64,000 nt of DNA, taken from positions 18,737 through 82,736 of the forward strand of contig CACNYU010000001.1 of the NCBI GenBank assembly GCA_902624785.1, in the 5' to 3' direction. The stretch comes from an uncultured Prochlorococcus sp. (GTDB lineage Bacteria; Cyanobacteriota; Cyanobacteriia; PCC-6307; Cyanobiaceae). Shown here one piece after another: positions 1 through 10,445 of this stretch. Made by a program: the position numbers and the translations under genes. Positions within the stretch are counted from its first letter, which is position 1. Each line of letters opens with the position of its first letter. The notes under the pieces were generated by a model. The model made no database searches. It was not told the DNA's origin and worked only from the letters and a program-made list of their open reading frames with translations.

Positions 1-150
1 ATTAAAGATAATCAATTTAATAAGTAATAAATCATTATAGATATACAAATATCATTAAACTTATATATTCTAATATTTAATGAGAATCCTAATATTAAAA
101 ATTTGATCATTAGTTTTATAGAATAATTAGTAAATATTTAATATAAATAA

Positions 151-1146
151 ATGCATACTTCATTAGTAATAAAGGGTAAAGGAGTATCTAGAGAAATAAA
201 AAGTAGAGTAATACAATCTCCATTAGCGGGAGTTACAGATAGGATATTTAGGAAATTTATAAGAAGATGGGCTCCTCATTCACTTCTCTTTGCAGAAATG
301 ATTAATGCTACTAGTTTAAACCTTGGATATGGCATAGAAAAAATAAACCAAATAAATAATGAAGAGGGACCTATTGGTATTCAATTATTTGATAACAGGC
401 CAAATTCTGTTGCCGATGCTGCTAAAGAATCAGAATCCTCAGGTGCATATATCATTGATATAAATATGGGTTGTCCAGTCAAAAAAATTGCTAATAAAGG
501 AGGTGGTAGCGCTCTTCTCAGAGATCCTTGTTTGGCAGTTGAGCTTGTGAAAAAGATTTCTAGAGCTGTTAACATTCCTGTTTCTGTTAAAACAAGAATT
601 GGTTGGTCAGAAAAAGATAAAAATATTAAAGAGTTTTTATTGCGACTTCAGGATGCCGGCGCAAATATGTTTACAATTCACGGTAGAACAAGAGAACAAG
701 GTTTTAATGGTAAAGCTGATTGGAGCTTCATAGGAGAATTAAAGGTCGAATTAGATGTCCCAGTAATTGCAAATGGAGATATTTATAATGTTAATGATGC
801 AATTGAGTGCTTAAACATAACAAAAGCAGATGGAATTATGATTGGAAGAGGTGTTTTAGGTGCGCCTTGGATAATAGGAGAAATTGATTTTGCACTTAAA
901 GGATTAGAAAACTTTAAAAAACCTACAACAGAGGAAAAGTTGCAATTGCTAATTGAACATATTGATGAATTAATATTTGAGAAAGGGGAACATGGATTAC
1001 TTATGGCTAGAAAATACATAGCATGGACTTGTAATGATTTTGATGGTGCTCAGAATTTAAGAAAAAATTTAGTAAGAGCTAAGAATCCTCAAGAAGCCAA
1101 AGATGAAATTTTATTAATGATTCATAAACTAAAAAATAAAAGTTAA
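151..1146 (+). CDS. dusB: tRNA-dihydrouridine synthase DusB (NifR3 family)
   Basis: SPLAGVTD, DINMGCP, GGGSALL, HGRTR, NGDI and MIGRG motifs of Dus flavoenzymes. Confidence 0.93.
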   Translation: MHTSLVIKGKGVSREIKSRVIQSPLAGVTDRIFRKFIRRWAPHSLLFAEMINATSLNLGYGIEKINQINNEEGPIGIQLFDNRPNSVADAAKESESSGAYIIDINMGCPVKKIANKGGGSALLRDPCLAVELVKKISRAVNIPVSVKTRIGWSEKDKNIKEFLLRLQDAGANMFTIHGRTREQGFNGKADWSFIGELKVELDVPVIANGDIYNVNDAIECLNITKADGIMIGRGVLGAPWIIGEIDFALKGLENFKKPTTEEKLQLLIEHIDELIFEKGEHGLLMARKYIAWTCNDFDGAQNLRKNLVRAKNPQEAKDEILLMIHKLKNKS

Positions 1147-1202
1147 AACCTTTTATAGAATTTAGATAGTGATTAATATTAAAGTAATTAACTTATTTCC
1201 AT

Positions 1203-1457
1203 ATGAAATTTATTACTGAAAAAACTAGTAAAAGAGTTTGCGATCATATGAATAAAGATCATATAGATTCTGTTTATAAATATTTGAAGTTTTATGCCAA
1301 CATTCAACAATTTAAAGATGCAAAAATGGAGGAAATAAATAGTACTTCAATGAAAATTAAATATGACAATAAATTTGCTGTAATAAAGTTCAGAGAAGAA
1401 ATTTCAGAAGATGAAATTCATAAAACATTAATTTCAATGATTAAAAATATTGAATAA
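1203..1457 (+). CDS. DUF2470 domain protein (heme utilisation / GluTR-binding-like)
   Basis: RVCDHMNKDH motif typical of DUF2470. Confidence 0.75.
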   Translation: MKFITEKTSKRVCDHMNKDHIDSVYKYLKFYANIQQFKDAKMEEINSTSMKIKYDNKFAVIKFREEISEDEIHKTLISMIKNIE

Positions 1458-1469
1458 AATTAAAAATCT

Positions 1470-1640
1470 TTATTTTTTATTGTTGCTCTCGTAATAATCT
1501 GTAATTTTCTTACAATCTTCAAACGAAAGAGTACTCAATCTTGAAGTTGCAGTTAAATTTAGGATTGCGCAAATAGCAAGGATATCTGAATAATCAGCCT
1601 CTAGAGCTTGTGCTAATTCAAGAACTCTTAAACCTTTCAA
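1470..1640 (-). CDS. Small IF-2 N-terminal-domain-like protein (56 aa, not in ORF track)
   Basis: Manual translation from TTG: MKGLRVLELAQALEADYSDILAICAILNLTATSRLSTLSFEDCKKITDYYESNNKK; RVxELA..L and ..S.LS match the IF2_N pattern. Confidence 0.7.
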   Translation of the reverse strand: MKGLRVLELAQALEADYSDILAICAILNLTATSRLSTLSFEDCKKITDYYESNNKK

Positions 1641-1685
1641 AATTTAAAAATAAATAATTAAAATCAATATAAAAAAATTATTTAA

Positions 1686-1934
1686 TTAATGTGCCGCATT
1701 TTTTCCTAACCCAGCAACGAAAGGAAATGTTTGTTCATCACCAAAGATATCTCCTTCACTTTGTTTTGATTTCTTGGATTTTTTATTATCCTTGACATTC
1801 TCTATACTGTCTAAAGAATCTTTATTTAATTCATTAGAGTTATCAATCTCTTCTGCAATAACTATATGAGAATTTACTAAGAAAGAAAGAATAAATACTA
1901 TAAGAGTAGTAAGAATAAATTTCATACCTACCAA
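1686..1934 (-). CDS. Hypothetical exported protein
   Basis: Signal-like N-terminus, low-complexity middle, C-terminal DIFGDEQTFPFVAGLGKNAAH. Confidence 0.65.
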   Translation of the reverse strand: MVGMKFILTTLIVFILSFLVNSHIVIAEEIDNSNELNKDSLDSIENVKDNKKSKKSKQSEGDIFGDEQTFPFVAGLGKNAAH

Positions 1935-2042
1935 ATAATTTTATTCTATTTGTTTTGATTAAAAAAGTAAAACTTTAGTAAAAATTAGTTTATATATGGA
2001 AATTATTATTCAAATTATTTTCTATTGTTATAGTTAAATTAA

Positions 2043-2417
2043 CTAGGCTTGAGGGAATCCACTATGAAGGCCATATGTAATTATTGTAAAGGTTGCGAAT
2101 ACAACACCTAAAGAGACTGATGTGTAAAGTGGGTCTAACTTCAAATTATTCAGTCTTCCAAAATCTGCCACAACAAGCGACTTCATAGAGTATTTTTTTC
2201 TATCTGGTATTTCAGGTAAATTATCACTATTTAATAATGAACCAAGTATTGGTTGCGTTTCTAATTCATCTGAATTTATATTTTGGTTTGTCGAAGAAAC
2301 ATTATCTTGCTTAAAAAATCTTGGGAACATATATACATGCCACAAAGCTATAAGTGCTACCCAAATGATAAGACTTACTCCTGCAATACCAAAAATAAAG
2401 AACTTTAAAAATTCCAT
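2043..2417 (-). CDS. Hypothetical two-TM membrane protein
   Basis: 124-aa ORF with hydrophobic helices at both ends. Confidence 0.6.
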   Translation of the reverse strand: MEFLKFFIFGIAGVSLIIWVALIALWHVYMFPRFFKQDNVSSTNQNINSDELETQPILGSLLNSDNLPEIPDRKKYSMKSLVVADFGRLNNLKLDPLYTSVSLGVVFATFTIITYGLHSGFPQA

Positions 2418-2671
2418 ATAATTTAAATTTTTCTTATTATAAGACTTCGAGTTTATATAGATGGCATTTCTTAATACATTAGTTGCATAAAAGAAATAAT
2501 AATATTATTTGAAAATATTTTTTTAATCATTAAATCATACAAATAATTAATGATTAAAATAATTGCTATGACGTCGAATTCATTTATCTTTCTATGAAAT
2601 ATTTTTTTATTAAGTAATAAAAAGAATCATTATTTAAGAATTTTAATTAGATAAGTAAATACAAATATTAT

Positions 2672-2908
2672 TTATTTAGAGATTCTTCTTCTATTTCTTA
2701 ATCTTATAAGCAGATAAATACATACTAATAATAAAATTGCATAAGTAAATTCAGATAAAAAGTTATAAACAATTAAAGCAAAAAGAGGAAATAGGCAAGC
2801 TCTTTTTAAATTAACTTTTTGTTCTGCTGACATTTTACTCCAATTTAAATAATCTTCCCACTGAAAGATCTTTTTTAAATTCCTATCTTTATCATTTTTT
2901 CTAAACAT
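2672..2908 (-). CDS. Hypothetical membrane protein
   Basis: 78-aa ORF with a C-terminal hydrophobic hairpin. Confidence 0.5.
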   Translation of the reverse strand: MFRKNDKDRNLKKIFQWEDYLNWSKMSAEQKVNLKRACLFPLFALIVYNFLSEFTYAILLLVCIYLLIRLRNRRRISK

Positions 2909-3012
2909 AATAAGATCAATAATTAAAACTTTATTTTTTGAATAATATTTAAGATTGAATAATTAACAATAGCTTATCATTCTTATATGCTTAATGTATA
3001 AACAAAATAGAT

Positions 3013-3441
3013 TTGATGAATAGCTGTAAAAGGTGGGAACTAAAAAAAAAGGTTTTACCACAACATACAGATCATGCTGGAGTTATGTGGCATGGCACAT
3101 ATTTAAATTGGCTTGAAGAATCTAGAATAGATTCTATTGCTAATGCAGGAATAGAATATACGGAGCTTCTTAAAAGGGGCTATGAGATGCCAGTTTATAA
3201 GATAGAAATAAAGTATCTAATACCAATAATGATTGGCGAGGAAATTATTGTTAAAAGCTCTTTTATTACAAACAAAGGACCTCGAATAAAAGTTAACTCT
3301 ATATTTACTAATTTAAGGAACATTATTCATACAAAGGCATGTATAGATATTGTTCTGATAAATAAAGAAACTTTTAAAGTTGCTAGAAAAAGACCTGATT
3401 TTTTAGATAATTGTTTGAAAAATTTAAGTAATACCCCATAA
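3013..3441 (+). CDS. Acyl-CoA thioesterase (4-hydroxybenzoyl-CoA thioesterase / hot-dog family)
   Basis: HTDHAGVMWHGTYLNWLEESR signature. Confidence 0.85.
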   Translation: MMNSCKRWELKKKVLPQHTDHAGVMWHGTYLNWLEESRIDSIANAGIEYTELLKRGYEMPVYKIEIKYLIPIMIGEEIIVKSSFITNKGPRIKVNSIFTNLRNIIHTKACIDIVLINKETFKVARKRPDFLDNCLKNLSNTP

Positions 3442-3453
3442 AAGTCAACCAGA

Positions 3454-3681
3454 ATGACAAATTTAGTTAGTGAATTTTTTAAAAAATATTTTCTTCAAGT
3501 AATTGATTTATATCAGTATGAAATGGAATCAAATTATCAAGAGAATTCAATGCTGACAAATTTATTTATCGAGAATAAATTTTTAGGATGGTTAGGGTTA
3601 TTTATTATTTTCTTTTCAATATTCGCTATTTTTGTCTTTCAATTTCTTGATTGGGAAAGTAAAGATAAAAATAATAAATAA
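3454..3681 (+). CDS. Hypothetical single-TM protein (start may be downstream)
   Basis: ORF with TM segment FLGWLGLFIIFFSIFAIFVF. Confidence 0.5.
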   Translation: MTNLVSEFFKKYFLQVIDLYQYEMESNYQENSMLTNLFIENKFLGWLGLFIIFFSIFAIFVFQFLDWESKDKNNK

Positions 3682-3715
3682 ACTGCTTTATAATTATTAA
3701 ACTTAATAAAGATTA

Positions 3716-3967
3716 ATGGCAATTTATCTTAAAATAACAAATTCAACAGAAGTCGTCAAAAAAAAGACCTCTAAATGGTTATCAGACATAACACCTGAAA
3801 GAATTGATAGAAAATTAGTTGAAGATCAAGTTATTAAAGGAATAATAGAACAACTAACATTAGAGGGGATAAAGGGAGAAATATCAGCAATAAGTGGATT
3901 TGATGTTAAAGACTCAACTCTAATCACAAAAAATAATTTTCTAGTAAGGAAAACCAAAATTTTTTAA
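3716..3967 (+). CDS. Conserved hypothetical protein
   Basis: 83-aa ORF with globular composition. Confidence 0.6.
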   Translation: MAIYLKITNSTEVVKKKTSKWLSDITPERIDRKLVEDQVIKGIIEQLTLEGIKGEISAISGFDVKDSTLITKNNFLVRKTKIF

Positions 3968-4826
3968 TTTATATTAAATAAATATCTTTTTATGAAATCA
4001 ACATTAGCCATCACAATACCAATTCTCTTTATTTTTATTTATTGGCTAATTAATGAATTAAAAAAAAAAGCTACTAATTAATCAAGGTTCAAATTAATTT
4101 ATTGATAAAATTAAACTGATTATTGTAGATAATAAATATAATTTTTTAGAAAAAAGGAAGAGATTAAATGAGATTGATCAATATGGGAATAAAAATCTAG
4201 ATCAATAGTTTGGTAATCCCACTATAAATGAAAATTTAATTCATAGAAATATACTAGAAGGTTTAAAAATTCATAGAAGGTAAAGCATATTTCTGGTTTA
4301 AAGTTTTTATTACATACATTGAAAGTATTGAATTATTTTTCAAAAAATGAAATTACTATAATTTAAAGAATCCACTAATAGAATACGAAATTTTTGGTAG
4401 AAGAAAATTAAATAGTAATGACTGGTATCTTCTTTTAGTAGCAAGTTTAGTTGAGGAATGTTGCTATAAATTATCAAATAAGACTAAAGTTGTTCAGAAA
4501 TTAATTATAAAAAAGAATTAAACTTTATGATTTCAAACATTATGATTGAAATATTTGGAAGTTAAATAGACAATTGTCTCAGTTGATCAAGAGGTTGATA
4601 TTACTCATCAATAGATAATTTTAAACTTTTCATATGGTGCAAAGATCATTAAAAATCAATAAGTAATAAATTGGGACGAGATATTTATGCTGGAAAGAAA
4701 TATTGGTTAGGCACTCATGCTTTATTAATTTATAGAACTAGACTTACAAAATAAGCTTAAAATTTAGATTTGTTAAGTAAATTAATAAATGAATTTGAGA
4801 TTACAAAATATTAGAAATATTATTTC

Positions 4827-5231
4827 TTAAAGAATCTGAGTAATGCCCTCCTTATACAAGATGATAGTAGATAAAAGTCCTGTAGCCCAAGATAGACCTC
4901 TTGCAGCTGGAATATTAAGGACATAGGAAATAATATACAAAATCCTCACAAAAGGATGAGTCCAAGCAGCAATTATTGCTAAATTTGAATCTGGCGATGT
5001 TAATAAACAAAATAAACAAGCGGGCGCATGTAATGAAATACTTTCCCAACAATTTTGATGGCACCAAACTGCCCTCTTACCAAAATCAGGTAAATCATTA
5101 AATAAGGCCCTTGGTGCTGACATGTTTTCAACAGAATAACCAGCTTTAATCCTTCCTAAGGTAAGAGGTATTATTGAGGCCAAAACAACTAAAATTGAGA
5201 GACATAGACTCCAAGCATATGTGATTTGCAT
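4827..5231 (-). CDS. MAPEG family membrane protein
   Basis: PR..RAVWCHQNCWES and ..R..Y pattern of MAPEG. Confidence 0.85.
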   Translation of the reverse strand: MQITYAWSLCLSILVVLASIIPLTLGRIKAGYSVENMSAPRALFNDLPDFGKRAVWCHQNCWESISLHAPACLFCLLTSPDSNLAIIAAWTHPFVRILYIISYVLNIPAARGLSWATGLLSTIILYKEGITQIL

Positions 5232-5334
5232 TTAAAAGATTTTTTCTAGAGCCTAGTAAGAATAGTTATATAATGTGAATGATTAGTAAGCAAATTTCGT
5301 AAAAATCAATAGAAAAATAAACAATTCAAATAAT

Positions 5335-5622
5335 TTAAAATTGCATGGCTAGTATTGCGCCAAGAAAAAAAACTGTAGGAATTCCCAATGCATTTACAGC
5401 TAAAGTTCTTACAGTGAAAACAGGATAACCTTCTTCTGGTCTACCACTTTCAGGTACAAGTGCAGAGTCTTCCCAAACTTGATAATTTTTAAAAGGAGCT
5501 ACATCCTTTTTTGGAAGTCCAAGAGGTGTTAAACGGAATACATCCCATTTACCTAACCAATAAACAGTTGATATCCAAGCAATTACAAGTGGTGCGATAA
5601 CTAAAACGACTCTGAAATCCAT
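5335..5622 (-). CDS. Long cytochrome b559 beta (PsbF)-like protein with PsbY-like N-terminal helix; heme His replaced by Asn
   Basis: C-terminus [30 protein letters not shown] matches PsbF ([25 protein letters not shown]); probable start [11 protein letters not shown] at 5622. Confidence 0.8.
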   Translation of the reverse strand: MDFRVVLVIAPLVIAWISTVYWLGKWDVFRLTPLGLPKKDVAPFKNYQVWEDSALVPESGRPEEGYPVFTVRTLAVNALGIPTVFFLGAILAMQF

Positions 5623-5877
5623 CTTGAGGAACATTAATTTACGTAGCCTTATTCTCATATATTCCTCTTTTTATTTAGGACAATGTAAATTAATAGTTAT
5701 TATTTTTAATATTTGAACCAAAAGAAATATCATTTTATACATATATACGTATAAAACCGTGAATTATTTCACCTGCTTTTTAAAAATTATTTTTTATGAA
5801 AACATTTAAGATTATTTCATAGTTTTGGTTTACGGAGTTTTTAAGAAACATATTTTTTAATACAATAAATTCTAAAA

Positions 5878-6162
5878 ATGAAAAAATTTTTTAAATTTAT
5901 TAAAACCTTTTTATTTGTCTTAATTTGGCTCATGTTCTGCTCTTTTCTTGAAAAATATTGGAGAATTATTCACTGGGAATTTATATTTCTCAAGGTTAGA
6001 TACGTTTTTGATTATACATTTTGGTTCGCTTTAAAGAAATCACTCTTTAATTTTGATATTGGTTTTTACTTGGAAGAATTATTTAAATACGCTTCATATG
6101 AGCTGCCTAAAGAGGTCTTTAAATTTATGCCAATCATTTTTGTGTTAAAAATAACTAGGTAA
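5878..6162 (+). CDS. Hypothetical aromatic-rich membrane protein
   Basis: 94-aa ORF. Confidence 0.45.
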   Translation: MKKFFKFIKTFLFVLIWLMFCSFLEKYWRIIHWEFIFLKVRYVFDYTFWFALKKSLFNFDIGFYLEELFKYASYELPKEVFKFMPIIFVLKITR

Positions 6163-6458
6163 AGGAATAATGATTGATAACGTTTGATCTCGAATGAAAA
6201 ATTTATTTATAAATATATATTAATTTTCAATCAATCTAATACATTTAAAATTTCGACAAATATATGTCATATAAAAGTTTTTTGATAATAAATATCAAAC
6301 TTTCTTTGCTTATTTATGTTTGAATTATTTTTAAAATTTTAATTGACAAGAACTTAGAAAGCATTTCCCAAAAATCACTACATACTAAACAAAAATTAAG
6401 GTTGAGCAAAAATACTTAACTTTAATATGTTATATTCTTCAAAGATTATCATTAATTA

Positions 6459-6743
6459 ATGAATAAAAGCTATTGGTTGAAAAAGATTTCTATCGGAAAT
6501 TCAGACTTATTTCTTGAATATATTCGAACAGTACTGCCTTGGTTAAAATCTGTTGGAGGAATTATCATTAAAAAGGATATTACACAAGATTCAGATTCTT
6601 CTTATTGGGATGGTGGTAACGTCGGCATGGTGATTGAATTTGACTCAAAAATTGCTGCCAAAAAAGCTTTTTACTCCGATGTTTTTCAAAATTATCTAAT
6701 TTCAAGAGATTTAACTGACCTGGTAACTATAAGTACCCTATAA
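6459..6743 (+). CDS. DUF1330 domain protein
   Basis: Y..V.PWL..VGG and VIEFDS..AAKKAFYS pattern. Confidence 0.75.
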   Translation: MNKSYWLKKISIGNSDLFLEYIRTVLPWLKSVGGIIIKKDITQDSDSSYWDGGNVGMVIEFDSKIAAKKAFYSDVFQNYLISRDLTDLVTISTL

Positions 6744-6912
6744 AAAAATGGACAAAATTATTCTTGCTAATTACCATCTTCCTCTTCTACTAGCTTTTAC
6801 ATTTATAAGTATCGGCTGTACATTTAACACTTTCATTAGATTACCAGTAATAAACCTAAATAAGTTCTTTAAAATTTAACAAGTCAATAAAGAGATTTTA
6901 TCTTTTAAATAC

Positions 6913-7083
6913 TTAATAACCCTTTAAGTAATAAACAAATCCCAAAATTAAAGAAATTATAATAATTGAAAAAATAATTAGAGATTTTTTTGATTCCCCT
7001 TCAGAAATAACATTTATCTCAGGTTCCAAGGCAAAGCCATTTTGTCTTCCACCACTCTCTGTTGTATACCCTTTTTTATCCAT
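6913..7083 (-). CDS. Psb34/Ssl1498-like PSII assembly microprotein (56 aa, not in ORF track)
   Basis: MDKKGYTTESGGRQNGFALEPEINV followed by one C-terminal TM; matches the Psb34 motif YTTDEGGRLNNFAIEP. Confidence 0.75.
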   Translation of the reverse strand: MDKKGYTTESGGRQNGFALEPEINVISEGESKKSLIIFSIIIISLILGFVYYLKGY

Positions 7084-7185
7084 GAATAATAAATTTTAGA
7101 TATTATTGCATAAATATGATAATTAAAATAAAAGCTTTACAAATATAAATTTGAAAAAATTGAAAAAGAAAAATTAGTCTATTAT

Positions 7186-7434
7186 CTAGCGATTAAACCA
7201 TCCTTTCTTATTTTCTTTTTTAACTTCAATTTTTTTTTCAACATTCTTCTTTCTACCAAAAAATCTTTTATTTTCAAAGTTAGCTGATTTAATTGGTTTT
7301 GAAGATTTTATTTTAGTATTTTCTTTAGAAAGATTATTAGAAACTTTTTCTGAAAGAAGACGGTAAACAAAAAAACCAAATACACCAAAGAATCCTACAG
7401 CTTGAACAATTGCTGTACCAAAATTTTCAAACAT
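7186..7434 (-). CDS. Hypothetical protein, N-terminal TM and Lys-rich tail
   Basis: QAVGFFGVFGFFVY TM; ends KKGWFNR. Confidence 0.6.
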   Translation of the reverse strand: MFENFGTAIVQAVGFFGVFGFFVYRLLSEKVSNNLSKENTKIKSSKPIKSANFENKRFFGRKKNVEKKIEVKKENKKGWFNR

Positions 7435-7617
7435 TTATGAATCAACCTTATTAAATTTCTTATCTAATTTATTATCGCAATTATCGTCGGTTAAAGAACA
7501 TTCAACTTTGACATTTTTATTTTTATGAGAACTACAACCAGCAGCCTTTAAATCTGCATCAAAAATAAACATACTGAAAAGTAATGCAAGTGGTGTTGTT
7601 AAGATAATTTTTTTCAT
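7435..7617 (-). CDS. Small secreted Cys-containing protein
   Basis: Signal peptide, then AGCSSH...CSLTDDNC. Confidence 0.55.
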   Translation of the reverse strand: MKKIILTTPLALLFSMFIFDADLKAAGCSSHKNKNVKVECSLTDDNCDNKLDKKFNKVDS

Positions 7618-7778
7618 TTTGATTTATATGTATTATTATTATGGAAAAATTTTTTAATAAATGTGGTAAAAATCAGATTATTAGATAACTAAAATTAGTC
7701 GAATAATTTATTGCATAATTTTAATAGATTTTTTTACAAATTTAGACAAATAAATTTCCAATATTCTAAATTTTTAGG

Positions 7779-7988
7779 TTATCCGTAGTAATTGATCAAA
7801 TCTAAAATAAGTATCAATAGTAACGAGATACCAAGAATATAAGGAAGAAAAGGGTATTTATTTAAAATTTGATTTAATTTACCTGTTGAGTTTATTTCTT
7901 TTTTAGTTGACTTAATTTCTTTAGGAGGAAGGCCTAGTTTTTCTCTCCTCTTAGCTTCACCCATTAATTTAGAATAATTATTATTCAA
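7779..7988 (-). CDS. DUF2839-like protein
   Basis: MGEAKRREKLGLPP motif plus C-terminal TM. Confidence 0.65.
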   Translation of the reverse strand: MNNNYSKLMGEAKRREKLGLPPKEIKSTKKEINSTGKLNQILNKYPFLPYILGISLLLILILDLINYYG

Positions 7989-8410
7989 ATTATATATTTA
8001 TAAAGTAACTAGTGAAATATTCAAAAAATATTTAAGGCATATAGATACTATTTCTATAGAAATAAGAGTAAAAAATTATTGAAATTGTATAGTCAGTTAA
8101 TATCTTAATACCTTTACTGATATTTGAAGTGGACTTTATTTTATATTACATTCTTAGTTATGACTAAAAAAGATCTTGAGAAATTTAAAGATAAACTAGA
8201 GTAAATTAATAAAAATTTATATAGTAGATTAACAATCTAATTAAAAAATAAAAGTTATAAAAGTGTTCTAATCTCGAAGAAATAATAAAATTACAATGTC
8301 ATTTGAATCAACAATTGAAAGAAGTTGAGGTGAGACTTAAAAGAAATTGAGTAGCTGAATCTTTTATTTTGAGAATTTATACTCTATAAATTTAAAAATT
8401 ATAAGTATTA

Positions 8411-9175
8411 TTGACTAAATGTTTAATAATTATGTTAGCCAAAGAAAAATTAAAGCAAGAAATTTATAAATTATCAGCGTTAACAGATCGAGGTCAAAGG
8501 CTGAATAAATTAATTTCACCAATATATTTGGAAAAAACAACTGAAATAAATAAACTCATAAAAGATTTAAGAAATTATAGTGATCCAATATCAGAAGAGA
8601 ATATTAGTGGTGAGTGGGAGTTAATATTTTCAAATGTAGAGTTGTTTAGAAGTTCTCCTTTTTTTTTAGCAATAGAAAATGCTCTTAATAATAAATTAAA
8701 GAGTGATTTATTTTTTAAATTACATCAACTACAGGTAAGTTCATTTGGTCTATCTACTATTGGAAAAATATCACAAACGATTGACTTTGAAAAAAAAGAG
8801 TTTTTATCAACATTTGACACCATAATATTTGGACTTACAACAATACCTATAATTGGTTGGTTTAAACTCCTTCCAACATTTGGAGGATCGGTAACAACAT
8901 TAGCAGATGACTTAATTTTAGTAGACAATAAACTTAGAATGAGCCTTAATAAAACAAAAGTTACTGAGGTTTTAGGATTAAACAAAATTCCCATTTTTAG
9001 CAAATTCTTAATGGATAAATGGTACCCAGTGAAAGACGTATGGAAAAAATTACCATGGAATAAAGTCAATCCAAATTGTGAAGTCTCAATAATTTTTATT
9101 GATGAAGATCTTAGAATTATGAATGACATTTATGGGTCAATTTTTATTTACATAAGAAATAATATTACTAAATAA
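8411..9175 (+). CDS. PAP/fibrillin family protein
   Basis: TDRG, ISGEWELIFS and FIDEDLRI motifs of the fibrillin fold. Confidence 0.75.
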   Translation: MTKCLIIMLAKEKLKQEIYKLSALTDRGQRLNKLISPIYLEKTTEINKLIKDLRNYSDPISEENISGEWELIFSNVELFRSSPFFLAIENALNNKLKSDLFFKLHQLQVSSFGLSTIGKISQTIDFEKKEFLSTFDTIIFGLTTIPIIGWFKLLPTFGGSVTTLADDLILVDNKLRMSLNKTKVTEVLGLNKIPIFSKFLMDKWYPVKDVWKKLPWNKVNPNCEVSIIFIDEDLRIMNDIYGSIFIYIRNNITK

Positions 9176-9363
9176 TTATTTATTTAATATGATAAATCAA
9201 CAAAATAGTTAAAAAAAAAAAAAAAAATAAGTTTATTACTAATTAATATTTAAATATTTATCTTTAATTTATTAAATATATACTTGATCTAAAAATTAAT
9301 TAAAAATTAATTTATCGCAAAAATAATTTTTCTGAGCTAAATTTAGGTTAAATTTATTATAAA

Positions 9364-9675
9364 ATGTTTAAAGAAAAAGAAAAAAATTCAATCGTCAGAG
9401 GTATATTTCTTATCGGAGGATGGGGATTAGGATTAGATAGGTTTTATGAAGGTGATAAAAAAGGAGGTATTCTCTCAATAATTGGATGGAGCATTACATT
9501 CTTTAGTTTTTTATACTTGAAATGCTCTGGTTATGAATATGTTGAAGGTGTCAAAAACTATAAAGACTATTCAACAAATCCATTTATAATAATACCAATA
9601 TTGGCTGCTGCTTATGGTATATTTTTAATTATTAAAAAGGCATTTAGATTAGCAAAACAATTTGAAAGTGCTTAA
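9364..9675 (+). CDS. TM2-domain-like membrane protein
   Basis: GGWGLGLDRFYEG..KGGIL motif. Confidence 0.65.
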   Translation: MFKEKEKNSIVRGIFLIGGWGLGLDRFYEGDKKGGILSIIGWSITFFSFLYLKCSGYEYVEGVKNYKDYSTNPFIIIPILAAAYGIFLIIKKAFRLAKQFESA

Positions 9676-9988
9676 CCTGTCTATTTTTAATTTAAGAAAG
9701 TAAGCCTGCACTTAATAGATATGATTTGAGTAATAAAATAACGAGTATATTAACTATTAATAATGCTACTATTCCATTCCTGTTCTTAATATCCAATTTT
9801 TTAATTATTTTAGATAAATAAATTACTGGATTTTCTGGGTCATTTTCCATTTTTAAAAATACAAACAGCTTGAAACTACCATATTTAAAAAATTATTTTT
9901 TGATTGTAAACTAAAACCAAAGAAAATATAAAATAATTCATGAAATATGAATTTCCATCTTAGAAAGTTAAAACTTAATCAAAAAATA

Positions 9989-10135
9989 ATGTCTAAAAAT
10001 AAAACATGGATGATGATGACTTACTATTGCCCTACACATGGATCGTTGGATCGTAGTGATCCTATAGAAATCACAAGAAATGATTTAAGGTATGAAAAAC
10101 TTAAGTTTAATAAAAACAAAAAGTTAAAAGATTAA
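9989..10135 (+). CDS. Small hypothetical protein with CPTHG motif
   Basis: MSKNKTWMMMTYYCPTHGSLDRSDP; track ORF starts at 9947. Confidence 0.45.
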   Translation: MSKNKTWMMMTYYCPTHGSLDRSDPIEITRNDLRYEKLKFNKNKKLKD

Positions 10136-10419
10136 CCTAAAATTCCAGAATTTTTAAGGAATGTTTTTCCTAAATTCCCAACTAGAAAGAATAAAGATAA
10201 ATTGATTAAAAGAATTATTAAAAGTGCTAATAATTTATAATTTGGATTAGTAGTTATGCCATCAAAACCATTCTCCAATACCCTTTTAAAAATAGAATCA
10301 TTTTTCAAGTTAAGCTGAGTATTTTTTTCTTCTACTTTATTAATATCTTGATCATTTGCATTTTCTGCTAATGATTCAACTTTTTCCTGGATATCAGGAT
10401 TAAATTCAGATTCTTCCAA
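10132..10419 (-). CDS. Hypothetical single-TM protein
   Basis: 95-aa ORF. Confidence 0.55.
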   Translation of the reverse strand: MEESEFNPDIQEKVESLAENANDQDINKVEEKNTQLNLKNDSIFKRVLENGFDGITTNPNYKLLALLIILLINLSLFFLVGNLGKTFLKNSGILG

Positions 10420-10445
10420 TTTTTTAAATGTTTTTTTAATCTTAC

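Noticed and set aside
2043-2140. C-terminus of the 124-aa protein resembling a PSII small subunit such as PsbN
   Set aside because: Only generic hydrophobic similarity; lacks the GP.S..L.DP motif
9211-9227. A17 homopolymer as a phase-variation tract
   Set aside because: Intergenic, in very AT-rich DNA, prone to sequencing error; no supporting context
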